A stretch of 64,000 bases of DNA from Candidatus Poribacteria bacterium (GCA_965222225.1 CBDCTK010000002.1:2496001-2560000); one strand, 5' to 3'. Shown: positions 19,001-30,109, counted from the stretch's first letter. Made by a program: numbers and translations. Notes: a model not told the origin generated them from the letters alone.

Positions 19001-19037
19001 ATCAAGGGAGCGAATAGCGACTGCGATAGAGATCCCT
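19001..19037 (-). mobile_element. 37-nt micro-element in the loop of a TTTGTAG...CTACAAA REP hairpin
   Basis: Reverse complement AGGGATCTCTATCGCAGTCGCTATTCGCTCCCTTGAT. Confidence 0.8.
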
Positions 19038-19116
19038 TGTGCTACAAAGGTATGACTTGCCCCATCCCTAAAGGTGTTTCAGAGGCTTTGTAACAACCAG
19101 TAATTCTGATAATGCT

Positions 19117-20193
19117 CTATAGTAATTTTGAGAATCCTTCTTTTACTGTTGCCTTAGTCGTAAGGTCAACAAATATGAAGTTTTTGCACAAGGGTTTAAA
19201 AAGTGGAACTTCGTCAATAAATTTTCTGTGCCACTTATCCCCAGATACAAATGTAATACCCTTGTGATACGTATAAAGCAAGTATTCAGCATCTCTAAGG
19301 ACGTTTTGGGGCGCTGCATTTTCGGAATTCTCACGAAGGTAGAGCTGAATTGTGTAAATCCATATCGCTGCTCTGAGTGCGTATGGTGCGAATCTATTGA
19401 TAGGCGGCATATCTTCCTTCAGAAACCTGTTAAAGATCTGGGTATGTTCTTCTGGCGTAAGTATAGGATCGAATAGCCTACCTAGCCGCTGTAATTTATC
19501 ATATGCAGCACTGCGATCGCTCGAATCATGGTTGAGTAGGCTTGCAGCTACTTGATTTGCGTTTTCCAGAGAATCTGCCTTATATGTATCAAAGAGTGTT
19601 TTGATGGATGTTTGGAAGAGTTGTTTGCCTTCCCGCAGAAAGCCTTCGGTTTCTACTTTTTTTAGAATGCGTTCTATCTCTGGATAATACGTTTGGTTTG
19701 CTCTCAGGACCTCTTTTAACCTGTTCACCCACTCTTTTTCAGAAAGATTGTCTGTATTTTTAAACAAACCCAACAATCCTTCTTTCAACGGATTGATTAT
19801 AGAGTCCAGATTTCTATAAAACTCTTCGCTTTCTTTCAGCATCTCTATGGTTTCACTTGAAGCTTCCTTGAACTCCAAAAGTTCTTGTTCCGAGCATTCG
19901 CGAACTGACTTCATTGCGTTTGCACTTCCGATAGGTAAGGGTTTAGCGGATTCCTCTGTAAGCAAGTCCATTTTTGCGTATTCCGACCAATGGGGAATCC
20001 AGATGATATTTTCTAGATTGAGGAGAGCATTATGCCTTTTTAGCCCATGTCTAGCAACTTCAGTGAATAGGATTGATGGACAAAGGATTGTGTATCTGGA
20101 AACTAATGCCTCACGTTGTTCACGATCTAAGGACATCCAAAATGATTTGTCCGGTAGCAAGAGGTTGCTCTGATTGTTCATCGTCATGTGCAT
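19117..20193 (-). CDS. Hypothetical protein (AT-rich), possible PIN-like nuclease fold
   Basis: 358-aa ORF; N-terminal LLLPDKS and C-terminal RDAEYLLY...FVSGDK resemble split PIN acidic motifs. Confidence 0.6.
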   Translation of the reverse strand: MHMTMNNQSNLLLPDKSFWMSLDREQREALVSRYTILCPSILFTEVARHGLKRHNALLNLENIIWIPHWSEYAKMDLLTEESAKPLPIGSANAMKSVRECSEQELLEFKEASSETIEMLKESEEFYRNLDSIINPLKEGLLGLFKNTDNLSEKEWVNRLKEVLRANQTYYPEIERILKKVETEGFLREGKQLFQTSIKTLFDTYKADSLENANQVAASLLNHDSSDRSAAYDKLQRLGRLFDPILTPEEHTQIFNRFLKEDMPPINRFAPYALRAAIWIYTIQLYLRENSENAAPQNVLRDAEYLLYTYHKGITFVSGDKWHRKFIDEVPLFKPLCKNFIFVDLTTKATVKEGFSKLL

Positions 20194-20214
20194 CTCCGTT
20201 TATTTGACTCCGTT

Positions 20215-20415
20215 CTAATTTGCTTCGGCATCCTCCCCCTCCCTTTTGTCCTGTTCAGCAAACAGTGCATCCGCAATTTCCGTGAGCGCCTCATCTGTTA
20301 TAGGTGAGAAATTCAACAGAGCCACCTGCTTTATGATTTCAGAGGTTATCGCATGTTTTTCAATCCGAGGGAGTTGGTTGAATGCTTCCAATATGTTTTG
20401 TGGGGTTGCGTGCAC
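20215..20415 (-). CDS. Small antitoxin-like hypothetical protein
   Basis: 66 aa, GGAGG RBS, acidic helical tail (DEALTEIADALFAEQDKRE). Confidence 0.55.
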   Translation of the reverse strand: MHATPQNILEAFNQLPRIEKHAITSEIIKQVALLNFSPITDEALTEIADALFAEQDKREGEDAEAN

Positions 20416-20611
20416 TGGGACCTCCGTGTAGCAAGAGCGTAAAGTTTATGCGAATTATACACGATGCCTTGACGAAATTTAAGGTTTCTCTACATTCCAA
20501 TAGAGCCATCTAATTTTTGGTTCCCTGTCGGTGGTCTAGTGTGAGTCGCGATTCAGCGACCGCGCCGAAGGTTCAACCGATTTAACTTCACCATTAAGTC
20601 AAATTATGGCT

Positions 20612-20643
20612 AAGAAGTCGCGACCTAGAGCTCGCTCCTACAG
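20612..20643. repeat. REP-like repeat AGAAGTCGCGACCTAGAG(C/A)TCGCTCCTACA
   Basis: Near-identical copy at 25781-25810. Confidence 0.7.
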
Positions 20644-20726
20644 AGGACGGGAAATGAACTGCGATACTACAAACCGCACAACGTAAGCCCCGAACGTATA
20701 ATTCTTAGTTTCAATGACTATAGAAA

Positions 20727-22036
20727 TGTACTGCCATCGGAAATTTAGACCATTATCTTAAACAAGATTATGATACAATTTCCAATCGGATTGAAAGGAG
20801 ATTCCGATGGCTAAACGAAGGAAATTCACGCCCCAATTTAAGGCTGAAATTGCTATTGAAGCACTTACCGGTCAAAGTTCACAAGCGGAACTTTGTCGGC
20901 GGCATAACCTCAGCCAAGAGCAACTATCAAAGTGGAAACACCAACTTCTTGACAACGCGGCGACTCTCTTTGAATCCACTGACAAGCAATCTAACGACCA
21001 TAGGGAACGGATTGCTCAACTGGAGCAACTCGTTGGGATCAAACGAACGAATAGTGAGTGCGATAGAGATCCCTATTGAGCTTGGCGTTAGACATCCAAA
21101 AAAAAGCCTCGACTTTGCTCAATTGAATTGGTCTCAAAAACGACAGATGGTTGAAGCTTTGCACACCGATTACCCGGTTCGACACATTTGTGATGTACTC
21201 GGCTTCAATCGGAGCAGTCTGTATTATCAACCGAGGCACGACCCCATTGAACTTGAGCTACGAGACGAAATTGAGAAACTGGCAGCCCGTTATCCGAAAT
21301 ATGGCTATAGGCGTATCACCCAGCTACTGTTGCGAATGGGGTACTCTGTCGGTTATCGACGCGTTGCTCGATTGATGAAAGCAGAGAATCTTTCGGCAGC
21401 CGTAAAACGTACTTGTCAAACTACCAAATCGTTTGACGGCTGCGGTCAATGGGGGAAGGGAACTCTATCGCCCTCCTTATTCAGTCGGTTGATCGGCTTG
21501 AGAACCTTGACATCTGTCGTCGAAATCAGGTTTGGGTCGGTGATATTACCTATGTCCGACTCAAAGAGCAATTCGTCTATGTTTCGGTGTTAATGGACGT
21601 GTTCACCCGAATGATAAGAGGTTGGCGACTGAGTCGGCACTTGACAGAACCTCTCACATTGAGACCGTTGCAACAGGCATTAAGCCAAAGCGTTCCGGAA
21701 ATTCACCATAGTGACCAAGGGGTTCAGTACCTTTCGAACGCTTATATCTCCACTCTCATTGGTCATGGAGTTGAGATTTCCTTAGCTCATAGGGGGCGTC
21801 CTTGGGAGAACGGTTATGCCGAAAGGCTTATCCGAACCCTCAAGGAAGAAGAAGTCCACCTCAACGAATACAATGATATAATGGATGCCAGAGAGCGAGT
21901 CGGTCATTTTATTGTAAAAGTCTATAACCAGAAACGATCTCACTCGGCGTTAGGCTATTTGACGCCGGTTGAATTTGAGCAACAATACTTGTCTTAACTT
22001 TGCTTATTTGTGGTCTAAATTAGCGTTGGCACTTCA
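20727..22036 (+). mobile_element. IS3-family insertion sequence, full length, both ORFs frameshifted by 37-nt micro-elements (21038-21074, 21457-21493)
   Basis: TG...CA ends with about 26-bp imperfect IR (TGTACTGCCATCGGAAATTTAGACCA / TGAAGTGCCAACGCTAATTTAGACCA) and AAA flanks. orfA MAKRRKFTPQFK HTH; orfB YGYRRI, WVGDITY, HHSDQG, ENGYAER. Confidence 0.92.
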
Positions 22037-22071
22037 AAAAGATTATGACGCGTTCCGCGAAGCAGTAGAAG

Positions 22072-24010
22072 ATGAATAGGGCGAACAGGATGTCCCCCGG
22101 CATTACCTGGAAATCCATAGCTATAACGATCGCCTTAATTCCATTCAACTTCTATTGGATAATTGCTGGTGAAGTGGGACTTGTCGGATATGCTCTGAAC
22201 ACCTACGCTGTCCCATTCTACAATGTCATATTTTCTGTATTTGTGCTCGTGCTTCTGAGAGTTATCGTAAAAGGGACTCTCGGCGTTTCCATCCTTGACA
22301 ATGCGGAACTGCTTACCATCTACATCCTATTGAGCGTAGCCTGTGCCCTCCCCTCAATAACTTTCATGACGCTCTTGGTTACGAGCGTAGGTCACGCTTT
22401 CTGGTATGCAACTCCGGAGAACGAGTGGCAGCAACTGTTCTGGAACTATCTCCCCGACTGGCTTGTCGTTAAGAACAGGAGCGTTCTGGGCGGTTATTAT
22501 GAGGGAGAGTCAACCTTATACACGCTTTCTCATGTCAAGGCTTGGCTACAGCCGGCAGCATACTGGACGATATTCACCACTTGCCTCATATTCGTGATGT
22601 TGTGTATAAACTCGATCTTGAGGAAGCGATGGATCGAGCGCGATCATCTGGCTTATCCTGTCACACAGATCGCCTATCAATTAGCCTGCAACACCAACAG
22701 GCTCTTCTCCAGCAAGATGCTCTGGATGGGGTTTGCGGTAGCCGCCTCGATAGCTATCATTAACGGGTTGAGCTTTCTGTTTCCCGCCATACCCACCATC
22801 CCAGTAAAACGAGCCGGCAGTTGGCACGGCATCGGTCATCTATTTACAGAAAAACCGTGGAATGCCATCGGCCACATCAGCTTCTCATTCTACCCGTTTG
22901 TCATCGGTCTCGGTTTCCTTATGCCTCTGGATCTTGCATTCAGCAGTTGGCTCTTCTTTCTATTCTACAAGGCGGAGCTGATACTCACCAGCGCTCTGGG
23001 CATAAACATACCCGGATTTCCGTATCACAATGAGCAATGCTTCGGAGCGGCAGTAGGTATATGCCTGACACTTCTAATCTACAGTAGGAAATATGTATTC
23101 GGCGTTTTTAAGGCAGCGTTTACGAATAGCCCCATGGATGATGAAGACGAACCTGTGGGATACAGATTTGCCATAGTGGGCATCATTCTGGGATTCGCTT
23201 TTCTCGTTATGTTTTCTCTAAAGATTGGGATGTCTCCCTGGCTCATTCCCATATTCTTTGCCATCTACTTTGTCATATTACTCGTGATAACCAGAATGCG
23301 CGCCGAGCTGGGTTTCCCTGTTCACGCCATGGAAAATATGCCAACTTACGGCATCTTGACAGGTTTAATCGGGACGCGAACTCTCGGGGCAAACAATCTC
23401 GTAGCGCTATCACTTTATAAGTGGTTCAACAGAAGTTTTACCAGCAATTCGATGCCGCATCAGATGGAGGGGTTTAAACTGGCTGACAGGTCGGGGATCA
23501 ACACTAGAAGGTTGTTTTTTTCTATCATAGGAATAACAACTCTAGGTTCAGTCACCGTGTTCTGGGTCATACTCCATTCATTCTATAAAGTCGGTGCGGT
23601 ATCGGGGGGGCGGAGGCGGTTGGTCCCTGCATTTTGGATGGTATGTATATGACGGGCTAAAGAACTGGCTTTATTCCTCGACGGAACCCAACTATTACGC
23701 TGTGGGGGGAATGACTTTCGGTTTGCTGTTCTCGCTTATACTGACGTTCATGAGGTCAAGGTTCCCTTTCTGGCCGTTCCACCCCATCGCTTTTGTGATA
23801 TCCGGTGATTGGGGCATGAAATACTTATGGAGTTGCATGTTGGTCAGTTCTGTCGTAAAATGGATGGTGCTGAAGCTTGGAGGGCGAAGAGCATCGCAGC
23901 AGCTTGTCATCTTTGCCATCGGTCTTATGCTTGGCGATTTCATCATAGGCGGTTTATGGAGCCTGCTTGGAGTATTCACAAAGACGCCAATGTATAACTT
24001 CTGGCCATAG
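22072..24010 (+). CDS. DUF6785/DUF6784-type multi-pass membrane protein (putative transporter); frameshift at G-run near 23604
   Basis: Hydrophobic; ELLTIY, WYATPENEW, LAYPV, RMRAELG; second ORF ends WPFHP...GLMLGDF. Confidence 0.75.
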
Positions 24011-24210
24011 AATTGACCCCGATCATTTCTATGAAGTCCGGCTGCGAGGATTGTCTTCTTTGTAATTCCTGTAGCGCCCATTCACCCACGAATGTGCATA
24101 GTACCCTGATTTTGATGTGGCAAAATTCTGGATGAAAGGGTTTTGCAGAAAAAATCGCGGTAAAGTTTTTATGCCGAATTGTATCTACCTGAAATCGGGA
24201 GATGGTATTT

Positions 24211-25601
24211 ATGCCTAAAACAGATGCGCACCCCAATTTGCTTATCATAATGGCCGATCAGCATGCGCCCATGTTCAGCGGTCCGTACGGACATTCTGTG
24301 GTTCGAACCCCCCTATGGATAGATTGGCGTCAGAGGGGGTTGTCTTCGATGCTGCCTATTGCAACTCGCCTCTTTGCGTCCCGTCGCGAATGTCGTTCAT
24401 GACAGGACGTCACATTCAGCACATCGGAATCTGGGACAACGGCGTGCCGCTTGCCGTGGAGGCGGCGACTTGGGCGCACGCGGTGAGGACGCAGGGCTAT
24501 GATGCCGTTCTCGCAGGCAAGCAGCATTTCAGAGGTCCCGACCGGCTCCACGGCTTTCGTGCGCAGATCTCGCCGGACATTAATGCCGAAAACAAGCCGA
24601 TGATTCCGGACTGGTCGCAGGAACTCCAGAACCGCGCGCCTATCAGGGAGATACGCACGGGGGCCGGGTTGAGCGAGGAGGTGGTGGCAGATGACGAGGT
24701 GGAAGCCGCCGCATTAGCCTATCTGCGTCATCCGGATCGCCAATCGGGGTCCTGGGCACTGAACGTCGGGTTTGTGGCGCCGCACCCGCCCTGGACTGTT
24801 CCGCGGCGATTCTTCGATATGTACCCACCGGATGAGGTGGATATGCCGGTGATTCCGCCGGGTCACCTTGAGGGGCAACACCCTGTCCACCAACGAATGC
24901 GGCGATGGCGAGGTCTACCGGAGGGACCGCTTCCGAAGGAAGCGGTTCGCCGCGCGCGCTCTGCTTACTACGGCTTGGTGACCTATCTGGACGAGAAGGT
25001 TGGCAGGCTGCTCGACGCCTTGGATGAGACAGGGCTGCGCGAGCGCACAGTGGTAGTTTACACAAGCGACCACGGCGAATTGTTGGGTGAACACGGGATG
25101 TGGTATAAATGCAGTTTGTATGAGCAGTCTGTCCGCATCCCCCTGATTATTTCATGGCCTGGCAATCTGCCCCGTCGCCGCGTGAAGAAGCCCGTCTCAT
25201 CGGTCGACCTGTCGGCGACAATTGTGGAACTTGCCGGTTCGCCGCGGCTGGACTGGATGGACGGTGACAGCCTACTGAGCCTGGCGAAGGGAGAATCGCG
25301 GGGATGGAAGAACGAGGCAATCTCTGAATACCATGCGATTGGTGTGACTCGGCCGCTGGCTATGATTCGGCAGGGTCGGTTCAAGCTCAATTACAGCCTC
25401 GGCGAACGCGCCGAGCTTTACGACCTCCAAGATGATCTGGGTGAATTCAACGACCTGGGTGAGAATCCTGCCTATGGGGACATTCGTGAGACACTGGAGA
25501 CGCGGCTGCTATCTCAATGGAATCCCAACCGGCTGGATGAGGAGGTTCGGCAAAGCCAGCGCGAGCGCCGACTGATTTTCGATTTCTTGTTTGATTGGTG
25601 A
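24211..25601 (+). CDS. Sulfatase (choline-sulfatase-like); frameshift at C-run near 24309
   Basis: PNLLIIMADQH, CNSPLCVPSR, GKQHF, TSDHG, LYDL. Confidence 0.88.
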
Positions 25602-25711
25602 AGATTTTGTCCTGATTGCCGCCTTCAGGATTTCGGACGGCGCCGACCGATTTTCCCGGATGCGTGGGCTTGGATTGCACCGAAGATCGAGTTGTGCGGT
25701 TTGTAGTAGTG

Positions 25712-25766
25712 ATCGCCCCAGTGGATAGCGAAGGTGATAGAAGATCTCAGTGCGATAGCGATTTTC
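25712..25766 (-). mobile_element. Degenerate 37-nt micro-element plus 18-nt head of a second unit, next to a GTTTGTAGTAG REP arm
   Basis: Reverse complement GAAAATCGCTATCGCACT + GAGATCTTCTATCACCTTCGCTATCCACTGGGGCGAT. Confidence 0.6.
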
Positions 25767-25909
25767 GTCTGCTCACGAAAAGAAGTCGCGACCTAGAGAT
25801 CGCTCCTACAATCGGTTTGTAGTTACAATTTTCAATCGTCAAATCAAGCATTTCCGTTCTTTAGTAATAACACACGCCACATTGTGGCATCTAGCGAAGG
25901 AGGAACAGT

Positions 25910-26968
25910 GTGATGGGAAAAACGTACCGAGTCGGAGTCGTGGGCTGCGGAGGCATGGGACGCAACCATTCACGCGCCTGGACAGATCATCCGTCGGCTG
26001 AGCTTGTCGCGGCGGCGGATATCAACGAACAGATGGCGCAGAAGGTTGCCGAGGAGTTTTCAATTCCCACAATCTATGCCGACTATAACGAGATGTTTAG
26101 AAATGCGGAGCTCGATATTGTCAGCATTCCGACATGGCAGGGGGTTCGTGCGGAAATCACCATCGCGGCAGCGAACGCGGGAATCAAAGGCATCATTGGT
26201 GAAAAACCGATGGCGGCGTCTTTGGGAGAAGCCGATGACATGATTGAGGCGTGCGAACGCAATGGGGCGAAACTCGTCATCGGACATCAATCCCGATTCA
26301 CGCCGGCAAGGACCGAAATCCGGCGACTCGTGGCTGACGGCGCCATTGGTCAACCAACGATGGTTTACGATCGGACAAAGCCGCGGGCGGGATTGCTCAA
26401 CATAGGCACGCATGTCATTGATAGGTGGCGCTACATTCTATCCGATCCGGAGACGCTTTGGGTGATTGGGCAAACGTCGCGCACCACCGATCGATGGGAG
26501 CGCCGCAGCCGCTGCGAGGATTTGTGCATGGGTTTGATCTGCTTTGAGGGCGGCACTAGGGGTCTATACGAGAGTGACTTGCCCGAGCCGATCGTGCCGA
26601 TATCTCTCATATCCGGCACCGAGGGTCAAATCACAGAGGGCGGGGACGGCGAGATTCTGCTTCAGAACGAGAAGGAGAGCGGTTGGCAAACAATTCAACC
26701 GCCCCCGGAGGAGACCAACCAGTACCAGGAATTGACGGATTGGATGGAGGGCAAGGTTCACGAGCACCGGAGCAGTGGTCGGCAGGCGCGGTATACCATG
26801 GAAATCCTGATGGCGATATACGAGTCGCTTCGAATCAAGAACGTGGTCACCATGCCGCTCGAGACCAGAGAATCACCGCTGGAGTTAATGGTGGCTGACG
26901 GCACATTGCCGATTCTCGAGGAGGGGCGTTACGATATTCGCAAGCCATTCCCAGATCAACAGACATGA
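25910..26968 (+). CDS. Gfo/Idh/MocA family oxidoreductase
   Basis: VGCGGMG, GEKPM, LLNIGTH. Confidence 0.92.
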   Translation: MMGKTYRVGVVGCGGMGRNHSRAWTDHPSAELVAAADINEQMAQKVAEEFSIPTIYADYNEMFRNAELDIVSIPTWQGVRAEITIAAANAGIKGIIGEKPMAASLGEADDMIEACERNGAKLVIGHQSRFTPARTEIRRLVADGAIGQPTMVYDRTKPRAGLLNIGTHVIDRWRYILSDPETLWVIGQTSRTTDRWERRSRCEDLCMGLICFEGGTRGLYESDLPEPIVPISLISGTEGQITEGGDGEILLQNEKESGWQTIQPPPEETNQYQELTDWMEGKVHEHRSSGRQARYTMEILMAIYESLRIKNVVTMPLETRESPLELMVADGTLPILEEGRYDIRKPFPDQQT

Positions 26969-27280
26969 CCTCAGTCCGTTTGACACGCCCCGGAAAAGTG
27001 CGTTTTCCAGCGCTTGAGAGTACGTCGTCTCATATATCGGCGCAATCTCAAAAACTCGATAGCAAATTAGCGAAAGATAGGTATCAACCGACCTGTTGGA
27101 GAGAATTGCGTGTCTCGATGTTAGGAAAATGCGTTGGGAGCGTTGCCGCCTTTTCTTTCCCATTGGAAAGAAAAAAGTTGCGTCATACAATCGGAAGCGG
27201 TTACAATAGGCTCAGTGGCTAGTTTTCTCGCTACAATACTAACCTTTCATTTTAGGAAAAAAATGAAAATGATAGAGGTT

Positions 27281-27621
27281 ATGAGATACAATCTTACTCT
27301 AGTATTTGAGCCTGACCCCGATGGGGCTATGTTGTTAACTGTGAGGAACTTCCAGAACTTATAACTGAAGGCGACACATCAGATGAGGCATTTGCAAATG
27401 CAAAAGACGCCTTTGAAACCATATTTGATGCGTACGAGAGAATAGGGCGTGAACTTCCAGAGTCAATTATTAGTGTTCATAGAGTAAAAAGTAAAGAGGT
27501 ATGGATAAATCCAGCTACAAACACAACGGCGTCTATTCCCAACCACGGCTCGAAGGACTTGAAAATGGGAACAATTAAGTCAATCGAAAGAGAATTAAAG
27601 GTTGACTTAGATAGTGTGTAA
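27281..27621 (+). CDS. HicB-like antitoxin domain fused in frame to a partial HicA-like domain (one indel at G-run near 27323)
   Basis: Manual translation MRYNLTLVFEPDPDG/GYVVNCEELPELITEGDTSDEAFANAKDA...RELP...EVWINPATNTTASIPNHGSKDLKMGTIKSIERELKV. Confidence 0.7.
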
Positions 27622-27637
27622 TGTGACAACATAAATT

Positions 27638-27669
27638 AGGCGGAGCGATAAACTTGCTTCGCCTTTTTT
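27638..27669 (+). terminator. Rho-independent terminator
   Basis: AGGCGGAGCGA-TAAAC-TTGCTTCGCCT followed by a T-tract. Confidence 0.75.
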
Positions 27670-27749
27670 GTATCTAATTGAAAAAACCACAAATTTCCTC
27701 AGTTTCGATTGTGAACACTACTTAAAGCGGTGGTGCATGTCTAAAATCT

Positions 27750-27860
27750 TGTAAGGAGCAACTTAGGTTGTCTATTAAACACGTGGAGGCAACATTGTGA
27801 ACCCCGTCCAACGTTATGAACCGATTCGTCCTATCCTGAATACCGAAAAGACTGCAAAGG
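27750..27860 (+). mobile_element. Possible IS481-like left-end remnant
   Basis: TGT start, GGAGG RBS, short frame MNPVQRYEPIRPILNTEKTA that ends abruptly. Confidence 0.3.
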
Positions 27861-27866
27861 ATCCCA

Positions 27867-29783
27867 ATGTCTGAGCAAAATTACAACCTCGTCATCTACG
27901 GTGGCAACCCCGCCGGCATCGCCTGTGCCGTGCGCGCCGCTCGCGAAGGTCTCACCGTCCTGCTCGTCAATCACACCCCGCACATCGGCGGTCTACCTGC
28001 CAATGGACTGGGCATCTGGGACACACTCTACGAAGGCTGGCGCTCACCCATCTACAATGAAATGCGCCAGTCTATCTTCGATTATTATCGCGGCAACTAT
28101 GGCGACAACTCGCCGCAATACGCCGCCTGCCTGCCCGGCGAAACCGGTCACTCCAACGGCAAATACGAAGCCGGCGTCTTTGAAAAACTCGCCGAAGAAA
28201 TGGTTCAAGACGAACCAAACATCACCCTCATCAAAAGCCATTATCCCACCCACGTCGAACAATCCGACCGCCTGATCGCAGCCGTCACATTTACCGAAAT
28301 GAACGGCGACAAGAGTTTTCGCGCCACAGGTGACATATTCGTCGACACATCCTACGAAGGCGATCTCTTGCCCTTGGCTAACGTCGCCTATCGTGTCGGC
28401 CGAGAATCCAGAGACGAATACGATGAGCCCCATGCCGGTCGCATCTTCATGCGTTTCACTCAGGAACTTCCCGCCTACGAACGACACCTGATTGATATCG
28501 CTGCATCGCTAAACCTGCGACAATTCGGTGGAGTGATGGAAACCATCATGCCCGAAAGCACAGGCGAAGGTGACGGCTCGGTGCAAGCCATGAATTTCCG
28601 TACAGCGCTCAGTAGTGATCCGGACAATCAAGTCAAACCATTACCACCTGAGGACTACGACCCGGAGCGAATCAAAACACTCCTTCAAAAACTCGAAGTA
28701 AACCGCCCCGACCGGGGGCAAGACGGCGGCGAATTCCCCAACAACAAAAGCGATTGGAATCGGCCGCAACTCATCGAAGGCGCCACCGACTACGTACACG
28801 GCGATTGGCTGATCCGCCAGCGCATGTTGCGCGACTTCTGGAACATCGCCATGGGTATCATGTATTTCTTCCAAAACGACCCCGATGCCCCTGAAAACAT
28901 GCGCGAAGCCTTTGCGCAATGGGGCCTTGCAAGAGATGAATTTGCCGACAACAATCACATGCCCTGGGAAATCTACGTACGCGAAGCCAGGCGCCTTGAA
29001 GGCCGTTACATCTTCACCGAGCACGACGTTCTCCTTGCCGAAGGCATTGACCGAGCACCTATTTACCCCGACAGCATTGCCATCTGCGAATGGTACACAG
29101 ACGTTCATGCCTGCCATCCCGAACGGGTCAAAGACAGCCGAGACGAAGGTAAAGTCATGTTGCACAAGCAGACCGTCCCGGGTCAAGTGTCCTATCGCAG
29201 TCTGCTGGCAAACGAAGTCGACAACTTGCTTGTGCCCGTCTGTCTCTCATCCAGCCACCTCGGTCAAAGCGCCATTCGTCTGGAACCCACCTGGATGCAA
29301 ATCGCCGAATCCGCGGCGTGGGCAGCTGTTCAGGCCATCAACAACAATCAAACCCCTGCCGACATCGACGTACAGACACTCCAGCGCACCCTAGCTGAAC
29401 ACAAATCAATGCTCACCTTCCTCAACGACATCGCACTCGACGACGATTATCCATACAACGCCGCCGTGCAATGGGCAGGCACAAAAGGCTTCTTCGACAC
29501 CTATAACGCACGCCCTCAAAATGACCTTGATGAGCGCACGGCACACCACTGGATCAACGGTTTTGTTCAAATGATCGATGGAACGCTCGAAGCCAATCAG
29601 TTTGCAAGAAAGCTCTCCATTCTTTCAGCCGGCAAGCCAATCACAAGCGATGCCTTCTGTGCACACGTGCGGTCTCAGACGGAAAATCGGGACATCAATG
29701 CATCCCACCACAATACGACAACCCCCAATGCAACCCTGACACGTGGAGAAGCGTGCCAGATTCTCTACAACGCGTATTTTTAA
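27867..29783 (+). CDS. FAD-dependent oxidoreductase (FAD_oxidored family)
   Basis: IYGGNPAG, FVDTSYEGDL, YRVGRE, YVREARR, NLLVPV.LSSSH, IRLEP. Confidence 0.88.
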   Translation: MSEQNYNLVIYGGNPAGIACAVRAAREGLTVLLVNHTPHIGGLPANGLGIWDTLYEGWRSPIYNEMRQSIFDYYRGNYGDNSPQYAACLPGETGHSNGKYEAGVFEKLAEEMVQDEPNITLIKSHYPTHVEQSDRLIAAVTFTEMNGDKSFRATGDIFVDTSYEGDLLPLANVAYRVGRESRDEYDEPHAGRIFMRFTQELPAYERHLIDIAASLNLRQFGGVMETIMPESTGEGDGSVQAMNFRTALSSDPDNQVKPLPPEDYDPERIKTLLQKLEVNRPDRGQDGGEFPNNKSDWNRPQLIEGATDYVHGDWLIRQRMLRDFWNIAMGIMYFFQNDPDAPENMREAFAQWGLARDEFADNNHMPWEIYVREARRLEGRYIFTEHDVLLAEGIDRAPIYPDSIAICEWYTDVHACHPERVKDSRDEGKVMLHKQTVPGQVSYRSLLANEVDNLLVPVCLSSSHLGQSAIRLEPTWMQIAESAAWAAVQAINNNQTPADIDVQTLQRTLAEHKSMLTFLNDIALDDDYPYNAAVQWAGTKGFFDTYNARPQNDLDERTAHHWINGFVQMIDGTLEANQFARKLSILSAGKPITSDAFCAHVRSQTENRDINASHHNTTTPNATLTRGEACQILYNAYF

Positions 29784-29799
29784 TCGTCTGTGTGTTGCG

Positions 29800-30050
29800 T
29801 TTATCGATTCTCCGCTGTTTGTGCCAAAGGTAAAACGCATGACATCACGATTCTGAAAGGCAGTCGTCCGCCGATACGAGGGGAAGCGGAGAAAATCGCA
29901 GACCGGGGGTATCAAGGGATAAAGCGGCTGTATCCCAATGCGGTGACTCCTTTCAAGAAGAGCAAGTTCCTGAACCACCAGCAGTGCAAATTCAACTGCG
30001 AACTGTCCAAACGGCGAATTGTTATTGAACACGTGAATCGAAGATGCGTC
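29800..30050 (+). pseudogene. IS5-family (ISL2-like) transposase fragment
   Basis: GKTHD, ADRGYQG, TPFKK, RIVIEHVNR. Confidence 0.75.
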
Positions 30051-30109
30051 TTCATCGTCGCCCGCATTTATTTGACACGTATCCAGTAACGGATATTGGA
30101 GAGGCACCA

